Assembly (NCBI GenBank): GCA_043824495.1
Contig: JBDRSV010000024.1
Span: 91,056 to 155,055 of the forward strand
DNA from: Candidatus Aenigmatarchaeota archaeon
GTDB taxonomy: Archaea > Aenigmatarchaeota > Aenigmatarchaeia > QMZP01
DNA length: 64,000 nt
Direction: 5' to 3'
The notes beneath the pieces were generated by a model. It was not told the origin of the DNA, made no database searches, and worked only from the letters and a program-made list of their open reading frames with translations. Below, piece by piece: positions 56,967-64,000 of this stretch. How positions within the stretch are numbered: the stretch's first letter is position 1; every line of letters starts with the position of its first letter. A program made the position numbers and the translations under genes.

Positions 56967-56990
56967 TATATCCCTTTAAATAGACAATAT
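56967..56990 (+). repeat. Junction motif copy g (TATATCCCTTTAAATAGACAATAT)
   Basis: Read directly from the sequence. VanZ stop plus a T-run on the left, GC-rich block I6 on the right. Confidence 0.9.
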
Positions 56991-56991
56991 A

Positions 56992-57032
56992 AAGGGGAAA
57001 GTGTGATTGGTGGTCACACTTTTTCTCCCCTT
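56992..57032 (-). terminator. Hairpin downstream of the last gene of block I6
   Basis: AAGGGGAAAGTGTGA (56992-57006) pairs with TCACACTTTTTCTCCCCTT (57014-57032), with bulges. Confidence 0.55.
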
Positions 57033-57063
57033 GTAGCACCCGGAGAAGCTGCTCGCGTTGCAG

Positions 57064-57528
57064 TTAATCGTCGAGGTCGAGATCCTGAATGGGACCGTCT
57101 GCGGGATCGATCGCCTTGTCGGTACATGTGAACTCATTGCCGTGACCCTCACCGAAGTTGGCTCGGGCCGTGATCTGGAACGTGCCGTCTGTTGACGCCG
57201 CGGGGACAATTGTGGTAGGCGAAGTAACCGCGAAGAACATTGTGTCCTTGGACCCACTGGCAGGAGCAGGTTTGAACTCGATCGTTGTGTCGCTGTCGCC
57301 ATAGTCGAAGCGGGCAGCGGGAGCCAATGAGCGAGTTAAACTGCTACTGCGAAAGGCTTCAATGCCTCCGGACAAACCGAGGTCGATAGCCTTGTCCCTG
57401 GCGATCTTCTCGATTGTTGTGCTTCTTACGTCTACTTTTACATCATTCAGAACTGTGTCCCCGAACTTCAGGTTGATTTTAATGCTGTCGGCCACGATAC
57501 CCCTCCGTTTCTGCGTGATCAATGTCAC
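57064..57528 (-). CDS. Hypothetical acidic protein
   Basis: 154 aa, ends ...DLDLDD. No signal peptide seen. Confidence 0.55.
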   Translation of the reverse strand: MTLITQKRRGIVADSIKINLKFGDTVLNDVKVDVRSTTIEKIARDKAIDLGLSGGIEAFRSSSLTRSLAPAARFDYGDSDTTIEFKPAPASGSKDTMFFAVTSPTTIVPAASTDGTFQITARANFGEGHGNEFTCTDKAIDPADGPIQDLDLDD

Positions 57529-57536
57529 GTCTGTGA

Positions 57537-58082
57537 TTAGTCCTTCTCAGCCTTCTGAAGTTTCAGACAAATGGTCTCACCGTCAGTTGCGTGGTCGTAG
57601 TCAAATGTAGTCGCAAATTTGGCGCTCCCGATCTTGATTCGAGCGTGAATCTGACACTTCTTGGGAATACTCGGGAGAGTTATCTCCCCACGAATGATCG
57701 TAGAGCCGCCTTCAGTGTCCTCATCATCTATCTTGAAGTAGACGATGGTCCCATTCGGAGTTGCGATACAGTCATCGCCGTGGCATACTTCGGCTTTGAC
57801 GGTGACTGAAGCACGAACAAAGTCGAGATCGAAATCGGTGTTCCCATCAGCCGTGTCATAATCCAGACGTGCTTCGTACAACTCGCCGTCGATTGTTACG
57901 AATGCTTCAAGCGATCCAGCCGCGAGGACGCCCATTAAGACGATGATACCGTTTTCTTTCACGGTGGCACGATTTTCTTCGCTTGCGTCGCCTGCGTCAT
58001 TACCAAATAATACTGAGATGCCTTTTGGTATTAGCTCAGTATCTTCGTAATAGGCGGTCAGTTGAAGTGTCGTTTTATCCAT
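57537..58082 (-). CDS. Hypothetical acidic beta-rich protein
   Basis: 181 aa. AAGGAGGG-type RBS upstream (the reverse complement of 58090-58100 contains GGAGGG). Confidence 0.55.
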   Translation of the reverse strand: MDKTTLQLTAYYEDTELIPKGISVLFGNDAGDASEENRATVKENGIIVLMGVLAAGSLEAFVTIDGELYEARLDYDTADGNTDFDLDFVRASVTVKAEVCHGDDCIATPNGTIVYFKIDDEDTEGGSTIIRGEITLPSIPKKCQIHARIKIGSAKFATTFDYDHATDGETICLKLQKAEKD

Positions 58083-58127
58083 TTATCCTTTGCCCTCCTT
58101 GTATGGTTTGCCTGTTCCATATAGGCG

Positions 58128-59030
58128 TTATAAACTGACTGTCACAAGAATGTGGTGTGACTTGTCCCCATATTCACTTTGGCGCATTGGCAAGAGCATT
58201 ACTCTACCAATCTTGCCTCCTATATAGTACCAGGAGGATTTAACACCGAACTCGTATCCGCCTCCGAGAAGAAGGAGGTATTTCCCATGCTGCCAGGCAA
58301 ACGCCTTGTCAGCACCGATTCCAACATTTCCGGATTTCGTATCACCGAAGGTCTCAAAGCCCAGGCCGTGGAAGAGGCCAACAGAACTAGAGAAGACCCA
58401 TTTACCCTTTCTGAAGTTCTGGTAGGCATCGAATCGTGTAGCTTGAATTCTTGCAGATCTCAGAAAACCGAGAACTGATGATTCTTTGTGATTAAGTTTC
58501 CATTCAAACCTGGTTCCAAAGTCCAAGTCCCACATGTTCTGGGATGGTTCGGTGATCCATATGGGACCGCCAGGAATGTACTCGGTTCCGGGAGCAATGA
58601 AATTGACAGTTCTCGTTCTCACCCAGATTCTTCGAGCCCCGATAGCAAGTCGAAATTTTCCAGGAAGAACTCCGAGAGCAAACCGAATATTCGTCGTTGT
58701 GGCGATTTTTTGGAAGTCGGTCTGTGCAGGTGGTACGCCTTCTGATTGAGTGTAACCACCGAGACCCATTAGAGTAAAGCTAGTCTCGGTACCCAGTGGG
58801 CGGAGAAGGAACGGGAGCTTGTACGAGGCTCCAGATTCTATTACCCAGAAATCTGTCCGCGAACCATACATCCCGTCTGTTGGGGTCTTGAGAATGTAGG
58901 TGAAGACTGACGAGTTGTCGTAAATTGGTGGTGGTTTGGCATCCACTTTCACCGGAGACACTACCACCACAAACAGTGTCACTGCTGCGATGATGTTACG
59001 CATCGAGACCCTCGCGATAACTTTATGCAT
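58128..59030 (-). CDS. Signal-peptide protein with alternating beta-strand pattern (outer-membrane beta-barrel-like)
   Basis: N-terminal hydrophobic signal (NIIAAVTLFVVVVSPVKVDA), with an aromatic/Gly-rich alternating pattern throughout. Confidence 0.5.
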   Translation of the reverse strand: MHKVIARVSMRNIIAAVTLFVVVVSPVKVDAKPPPIYDNSSVFTYILKTPTDGMYGSRTDFWVIESGASYKLPFLLRPLGTETSFTLMGLGGYTQSEGVPPAQTDFQKIATTTNIRFALGVLPGKFRLAIGARRIWVRTRTVNFIAPGTEYIPGGPIWITEPSQNMWDLDFGTRFEWKLNHKESSVLGFLRSARIQATRFDAYQNFRKGKWVFSSSVGLFHGLGFETFGDTKSGNVGIGADKAFAWQHGKYLLLLGGGYEFGVKSSWYYIGGKIGRVMLLPMRQSEYGDKSHHILVTVSL

Positions 59031-59263
59031 CGAAACCCCCTTGGCTGAACGCCGTGACCGAGTCTATAGAAATCTCTCTACTTCTATCTCAACACGAAAG
59101 ACGATTTACTTGACTTTCGTGATTAAGTGGTTACCTAAATACAAATACCAGCACTGAGATGAGATTAATCTTCTCAGATAAATGCTGGGTTAAAGGTGTG
59201 TTTAGTTGAAAAACATGAATATAGAGGATTCTTGATAATAAACTTTTAAAAAGTAGGTGAACC

Positions 59264-60091
59264 TTAAAATAGGCCGAATTTCTTCTTTTTGAACTGTTTA
59301 TAGAATTCTGTCTGAGTTTTGATGGTAAATGTTTGTGTTATTGAGATTCCCAATAACATTATTATTGCTCCTATTATTATGCTAACAGATCCTGATTGTA
59401 ATGCTTTGAATAGTTCTGCTTCACTTCCGCCCATCATTGCGGCTGGTCCCAATGCTAGTGCAATTGCTCCTAATAATGGTAATGAGAATATGAATAATAT
59501 TACCAACACAAGAAGTGTGATTATTATCCAAATTAAAATTACACGAAGAGGACTCTTTGTGACTATGTGGTAAGAGTCTTTTAGGGAATTGAGTATTCCA
59601 TTCTTCTTAATGACTAATGACTGTAAGCTGAAGAAGAACAGTATTGAGATTATTACAGATACTATGGTTGATAGAACAGGACCAGCAAATGGTATTGCTC
59701 CGGCTATGGTACTGAAAATCATTGATATTATTGATATTAGTATAACCAAACCTAAACCTGGTAAGAATTTAGAGTAACCAACACTCCAGCTCTTACTCAC
59801 TTCCTTTTCTTTATCGCTCTGATGTATAAGAGCTATTGTTAAGTATAGATTTAGTAATGTCCATACAGCAAACAAGAACACAAGTGAGACGATGAATCCA
59901 CCTAAACTAAACAGAGCAAGTGGGTTTATAGCAGCTTCAGTTATCACAGATAATATTGATTCTAAATTAGTTGCTGCGAGACCAAATGCTACTAAGAAGA
60001 ATACTAAATGGAGTATGAAAAATGGTAACCATCTTCGAGGTGAAAACCCGAATTTGAATCCCTTCTCCAATGCATCTCCATAATTGAGCAT
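59264..60091 (-). CDS. Polytopic membrane protein
   Basis: 275 aa with about 6-7 TM helices. AT-rich backbone. Confidence 0.6.
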   Translation of the reverse strand: MLNYGDALEKGFKFGFSPRRWLPFFILHLVFFLVAFGLAATNLESILSVITEAAINPLALFSLGGFIVSLVFLFAVWTLLNLYLTIALIHQSDKEKEVSKSWSVGYSKFLPGLGLVILISIISMIFSTIAGAIPFAGPVLSTIVSVIISILFFFSLQSLVIKKNGILNSLKDSYHIVTKSPLRVILIWIIITLLVLVILFIFSLPLLGAIALALGPAAMMGGSEAELFKALQSGSVSIIIGAIIMLLGISITQTFTIKTQTEFYKQFKKKKFGLF

Positions 60092-60105
60092 AATTATACT
60101 TTACC

Positions 60106-60441
60106 TTACTTTCTTATAAACATTGATTTTCGCTTATCTATTATTATAATGTAACCTATTATTGCAAAGAATAGCATAACCAATGTATATGGGAATAGTA
60201 TTCCGGTTATGAAAAACAGATAACCTATAAATCCCCCAACAATAGCGAATATGACAACTGTCCACCCATAAAAATTCCCATCAGATGGCATTACAGCTTC
60301 AATTAAAACTAATAGACCGACAACGAAAACTATAGAACTTATGAATAAATCGAGAGCGCCAAATACACCTGAAAAAAGTAAAGCCCCAGCAACAAATCCC
60401 TTTGCTGCACTCTTGGGATGAAAAAATGGTTGTTCAATCAT
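60106..60441 (-). CDS. Small membrane protein (start uncertain)
   Basis: Three TM helices. The track ORF extends to 60513 but would then overlap the upstream gene. Confidence 0.45.
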   Translation of the reverse strand: MIEQPFFHPKSAAKGFVAGALLFSGVFGALDLFISSIVFVVGLLVLIEAVMPSDGNFYGWTVVIFAIVGGFIGYLFFITGILFPYTLVMLFFAIIGYIIIIDKRKSMFIRK

Positions 60442-60445
60442 ATAC

Positions 60446-60961
60446 CTATCCATAAACCCCATGTGAAGTTGGTGTGTCTGTCTTTTCAATAGCAAAATAA
60501 TCTTTGATTCCATTTCTGTAATTGAGTATTAAATTTCTACACTTTGCTATGTAACCTTGTCTAACTCTATCGTAAAACAAATAGGAATACATGTACCATA
60601 TAGGTTTTAAGATAATACTTTTGCCACCAAAACTTGTTCTAATAGCGCCTTGTAGTTGTAAACTAAAATCTCCAGATTTGTCTTTTTTTGATGTGTGCCC
60701 TTGAACTTTTATTTTTATGTAAGCATCAGAATGTCTACTGAGTTTTACTCTCACCCACCATTTAGAGAAAAAAGAAGTTGGATCACTTGAAACGTCCCAA
60801 TTAAGTTGTGTTTGAGCAGTACCTGAGGAACTCACGTGGAAAAATGGCTTTAGACTTCCCGATATTCTTTTAACAACATCAAATGAATTTGGACCTTGGT
60901 ATTTAACATAGCTAAATCTGTCTGGTGCAAGACAGTCATCTTGAATTTGCAACTTTCCCAT
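60446..60961 (-). CDS. Hypothetical protein, paralog of 60969..61508
   Basis: Shared pattern: ...QGPNSFDVV / VGPNVIKLY, WWVRVKL / RWWIHKD, LQGAIRTSF / IRGLLRTEY. Confidence 0.55.
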   Translation of the reverse strand: MGKLQIQDDCLAPDRFSYVKYQGPNSFDVVKRISGSLKPFFHVSSSGTAQTQLNWDVSSDPTSFFSKWWVRVKLSRHSDAYIKIKVQGHTSKKDKSGDFSLQLQGAIRTSFGGKSIILKPIWYMYSYLFYDRVRQGYIAKCRNLILNYRNGIKDYFAIEKTDTPTSHGVYG

Positions 60962-60968
60962 AATTACC

Positions 60969-61508
60969 TCAGCTCGTTTCTACTTTAACATCTTCTGAGT
61001 TCTTGTTTAATTCCTCGAAGAATTCTCTCATTTTTCTTTGTAAATAAACAGTCATGTGTCTACAGTCTTCTGCATACTCTTCTCTTTTTCCGTGATAGAA
61101 TAATCTATGCCAAAGAGTTCTCATCATTTCGTAAAATAATGTTCTTTGCCATATTGTATCTTGTGGATATTCTGTTCTTAATAGGCCCCTGATATCTATT
61201 TTTGCATTCCCCGTCTTCTCATTTCCTTGTGCAGATAGGTCTATTCTAACAAAAAGATATGTGTTCAAATCCATATCTTTGTGTATCCACCATCGTACCT
61301 TTATCTTATCTCCCTCTTTACCTTTTCCGTAAGAATAATCAGTTTCTTGTATATCGCTATCAGCGACTTTGAATATATTTTTCATGCCTTCGTATAGGCC
61401 GTTATAGAGCTTGATTACGTTCGGACCAACAAACTTCATTGTTATTCCACCTGGCTCTTCCTCAAAGCAATTGTCCTCCATAACTAACTTTGTTCTTGCA
61501 AAAACCAT
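60969..61508 (-). CDS. Hypothetical protein, paralog of 60446..60961
   Basis: See the paralog entry. 179 aa. Confidence 0.55.
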   Translation of the reverse strand: MVFARTKLVMEDNCFEEEPGGITMKFVGPNVIKLYNGLYEGMKNIFKVADSDIQETDYSYGKGKEGDKIKVRWWIHKDMDLNTYLFVRIDLSAQGNEKTGNAKIDIRGLLRTEYPQDTIWQRTLFYEMMRTLWHRLFYHGKREEYAEDCRHMTVYLQRKMREFFEELNKNSEDVKVETS

Positions 61509-61532
61509 TAAATCACCAACTTATGTATTTAT

Positions 61533-61742
61533 TTGTCTCTAGGAAATAAATATAAGTATAGGTGTTCTATGTTTGGATTGATAGGTATCATTGTAGGAAT
61601 TCTAATGTTCCTTATTGGAGTATTTTTATTTTTCTTTTTTCCGTCGAATGCGTCTCATCAGTCAAGTAGTTTCGCTCTAACGGGTATTTTAATAGGACTC
61701 TTGTTAATGATTATAGGTGCAGTTTTAATATTTTTACCGTAG
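61533..61742 (+). CDS. Small two-TM membrane protein
   Basis: GIIVGILMFLIGVFLFFFF and ALTGILIGLLLMIIGAVLIFL. Confidence 0.45.
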   Translation: MSLGNKYKYRCSMFGLIGIIVGILMFLIGVFLFFFFPSNASHQSSSFALTGILIGLLLMIIGAVLIFLP

Positions 61743-61749
61743 GTGAATT

Positions 61750-63300
61750 ATGGGATTAATAATAGATGACTTTAGGGATTGGGCAATGGAGTCAGGACCT
61801 TTGACAGGCACAGCTGTATGTGGATCTCCTTTCGAAATGCAGATAATTTTAGATTATACAGGACTTAGGGGAAGCGGTTCTAACATATATTATTCTCTAA
61901 TATACCAAGCACCTAAATGGAACTTCAAGGTCAAAAAAGTAGACGAATGGATAGAAGTTACACCAGCTTTTGCTGATTATTATAATATAACTATTGCACA
62001 AAAGCAAAAGATAGAGGGTGCAATTAAATCTGGGTTAGCTTCTGCTTCCCAATCTGTTGCTGATTATGAACTACTTGCTCACGATGCAAGAAGATATAGA
62101 GAAATAATAGATTATTTCAAGGAGGGTCAAAAAGACGATCATGTTCTACGTTCTCTGTTCCTTGACAGAGTGGATGTGTATACAGGAGATAATTACTCTC
62201 TTGTTACAATGGCTAAGAGGTGGCCAACAATAATAACTGATTTCATAAGAATGGAGAGTGCTTGGACGAATCCAGACATAATTCCGGAGGATAAGCAAGT
62301 TAAGCTCATAATGAATAATCTTGATGTTTCTCAAGCTGAAGCTACTATTCTGAAAACAAAGAATCAGCTGTTCAGAAAGTGGAAAGTAATGTTTTTCCCT
62401 GTTGTTAAGGATAGATATGCAAGAATACAGGCCATGGTTGAAGCAAGAAGAAAATCAATTGACGAATACAAGAACTGGCTTAAACCGTATGTGGCTAAAT
62501 ACAGAATGATAAGAGAGAAAACCGAATTAAATCCAAAAGAATATGTTTCAAATGCTTATATGACTCCTGGTTTTGGTCAATCCCAAGCATCTACAGGAGT
62601 AAGATTATGGTTCTTTAAAGTGTTCCCTCCAGAACAAATGGGTAAATCAGAATCAGTTAGAAGTGACGGAAAATTCATGATAAATCCTTATGATGACTTA
62701 GTCAAAGAGTGGAAAAAGAAAATAGAAGAAAAGTATGGCGTTGAAATAACAGATGACGAAGTAAAAAAACTCCTCAAAGAAAAATCATCAGGAGACAATC
62801 CTGAAATGGATCCTGGTGAGATATATTATATTCTAATAGACCTGAATATAGAACTTGCTCTAACCAAAACACCTCCTCCACAAGGGTCAGAACAAGACAA
62901 TTTGATGTTTAAACCTGTGAGAGCATGGGTAATGTCTCAGAATGTTTTGTTAATTCATTTACTTGAAATATATGCAATAGAGAAAAGTTTTGATAAATAT
63001 GTAAATGAGATGGTTGGAGCTCCTAGTATAGAAAAAAATATTCTAGAAAATATAGAAAAGGAGTTTGAGGAGCCTAAAACAGAGAAAATGACAGGATTGA
63101 AAAACGCTGGAAGAAAGATCAATAGAGCTGGAAGAATATTTAGGAAGGGTGGAGAAAAGATATTTTACGTGTTTGTAAAGAAAGGTCCATATGAAACCGT
63201 TTTCGAGGAAAGAGTATCAAAGATGTATATGCGTGGTGCTGGTGGACAGTATGGTAGGGTAATAGGCTTCATACAACAAAAAATGGGCGTTGGTAATTAG
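61750..63300 (+). CDS. Hypothetical protein (516 aa)
   Basis: Long ORF with backbone composition. No family recognised. Confidence 0.6.
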   Translation: MGLIIDDFRDWAMESGPLTGTAVCGSPFEMQIILDYTGLRGSGSNIYYSLIYQAPKWNFKVKKVDEWIEVTPAFADYYNITIAQKQKIEGAIKSGLASASQSVADYELLAHDARRYREIIDYFKEGQKDDHVLRSLFLDRVDVYTGDNYSLVTMAKRWPTIITDFIRMESAWTNPDIIPEDKQVKLIMNNLDVSQAEATILKTKNQLFRKWKVMFFPVVKDRYARIQAMVEARRKSIDEYKNWLKPYVAKYRMIREKTELNPKEYVSNAYMTPGFGQSQASTGVRLWFFKVFPPEQMGKSESVRSDGKFMINPYDDLVKEWKKKIEEKYGVEITDDEVKKLLKEKSSGDNPEMDPGEIYYILIDLNIELALTKTPPPQGSEQDNLMFKPVRAWVMSQNVLLIHLLEIYAIEKSFDKYVNEMVGAPSIEKNILENIEKEFEEPKTEKMTGLKNAGRKINRAGRIFRKGGEKIFYVFVKKGPYETVFEERVSKMYMRGAGGQYGRVIGFIQQKMGVGN

Positions 63301-63408
63301 TTTAGAATTTTCTTTTCGTAGTGGTTTATATAAACTGAAATCAATATACATTCAGCTATTGGTATAAACTTTATAAACTAATAATTTGTTTATCAAACAG
63401 TGATTTGG

Positions 63409-64000
63409 ATGGCTAAAAATAAAAAAATAACTAAGAGAGCAGTTAAGAAATCGGTTAAGAAAACAGCTGAAAAGCCAGCTAAGACTGCCAAATCAAAATC
63501 TAAACCTACTCCTAAGACCAAGAAACTAACACCAGAACAAGAAGCAAAAGAGCTTGATGATGAAAAGCTAGAAAGAATAGATCTTCTAAAGAAATTCACA
63601 AAGGATGTTTTGAAAGAGTATGGTCAGCTAATTAGAGCTATAGTATTATTTGGTTCTACTGCTAGAGGCGGGTTCAAGAAGCACTCTGATATTGATATTT
63701 TTGTTATAGTTGATGATACAAGAGAGAAAATCACTCCTATGCTTAGAGATAAACTAGAAGACGATTTAGACAAAATAGCTAAGAGCTGCTCAAAGAAAAT
63801 GTCTGTGCAGCAACCTTACATGCTCACTGAATTCTGGAGACTTGTGAGAGAAGGTCATCCAATTGTTTTCAATTTCATAAGAGAAGGAGTTCCCGTATTT
63901 GACAGAGACATGTTTTTACCTATCAAGAGATTACTTCAAATAGGAGAGATAAAGCCGTCTCAAGAAGCTGTTGAGAAATTTATTGAGAGAGGACCTAAGA
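63409..64000 (+). CDS. Nucleotidyltransferase-domain (Pol-beta superfamily) protein with Lys-rich N-terminus; 3' end outside window
   Basis: My translation from ATG 63409 is open to the window end. AIVLFGSTARGGFKKHSDIDIFVIVDD matches GS-x-ArG...SDiDi. Confidence 0.65.
   Translation, partial: MAKNKKITKRAVKKSVKKTAEKPAKTAKSKSKPTPKTKKLTPEQEAKELDDEKLERIDLLKKFTKDVLKEYGQLIRAIVLFGSTARGGFKKHSDIDIFVIVDDTREKITPMLRDKLEDDLDKIAKSCSKKMSVQQPYMLTEFWRLVREGHPIVFNFIREGVPVFDRDMFLPIKRLLQIGEIKPSQEAVEKFIERGPK

Larger units (their letters stand above)
56991..59160. other. GC-richer bacterial-type block I6 (three minus-strand genes); right edge approximate
   Basis: Compositional shift, a signal-peptide/beta-rich protein, and a TTGAGA-N18-TATAGA-like promoter upstream of 59030 on the minus strand. 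Confidence 0.6.

Noticed and set aside
59261-59279. Weak motif-like strings that could be partner copies at the far edges of blocks (ACCTTAAAATAGGCCGAAT here; also 23883-23900 GTGAAGGGATCGATATAC and 26827-26846 TTTGTCTTTGCTAAAGTTTA)
   Set aside because: Only about half the positions match. The first lies inside a coding region. This is not distinguishable from chance in AT-rich DNA.
1-64000. CRISPR arrays and rRNA genes
   Set aside because: No regularly spaced direct repeats of 25-40 bp and no rRNA-like conserved segments were seen anywhere in the window. The Cas4-like gene is solitary.

Overview
This 64 kb window is a compositional mosaic. The backbone is AT-rich (hand-counted sample lines about 30-38% GC) and clearly archaeal. 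It carries r-protein genes S17-L14-L24-S4e-L5-S14-S8-L30e-NusA-RpoD-S12-S7 and L7Ae-S28e-L24e, ArgRS, diphthine synthase, an intein-containing myo-inositol-1-phosphate synthase and a tRNA with two putative introns. That it is a small-genome, DPANN-like archaeon is my inference. Six GC-richer blocks are embedded in it (sample lines about 42-73% GC): 1-3009, 15265-~17220, 17682-~19650, 20198-~23800, ~27340-36286 and 56991-~59160. Their content looks bacterial: M32 and PepD-like peptidases, lipobox lipoproteins, a T9SS C-terminal-sorting-domain protein, an outer-membrane-barrel-like protein, TTGACA-type boxes, GGAGG ribosome-binding sites and hairpin terminators. Each block is bounded on one side by a copy of one ~22-24 bp motif (TATATCCCTTTAAWTAGACAAT). 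The motif always reads into the block. In the five coding blocks it lies 51-73 nt beyond the last stop codon and a hairpin, on the strand antisense to the block's genes. Four copies form a same-orientation array at 15.2-20.2 kb. This is either an undescribed arrangement for capturing, integrating or antisense-expressing foreign DNA, or a systematic assembly chimera. Sequence alone cannot decide between these. Other notable items:
- A 9.15 kb transposon (perfect 16 bp TIRs, 9 bp TSD) carries a type IIG R-M enzyme, a ParB-like protein, a Cas4-like nuclease and a Panacea/RelE-like pair.
- One 3.6 kb GC-rich block is ORF-poor and dense in hairpins.
- The 9 kb block contains covarying intergenic hairpins and duplicated leader sequences.
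- A LAGLIDADG intein sits in an unusual host gene.
No CRISPR array or rRNA was seen.
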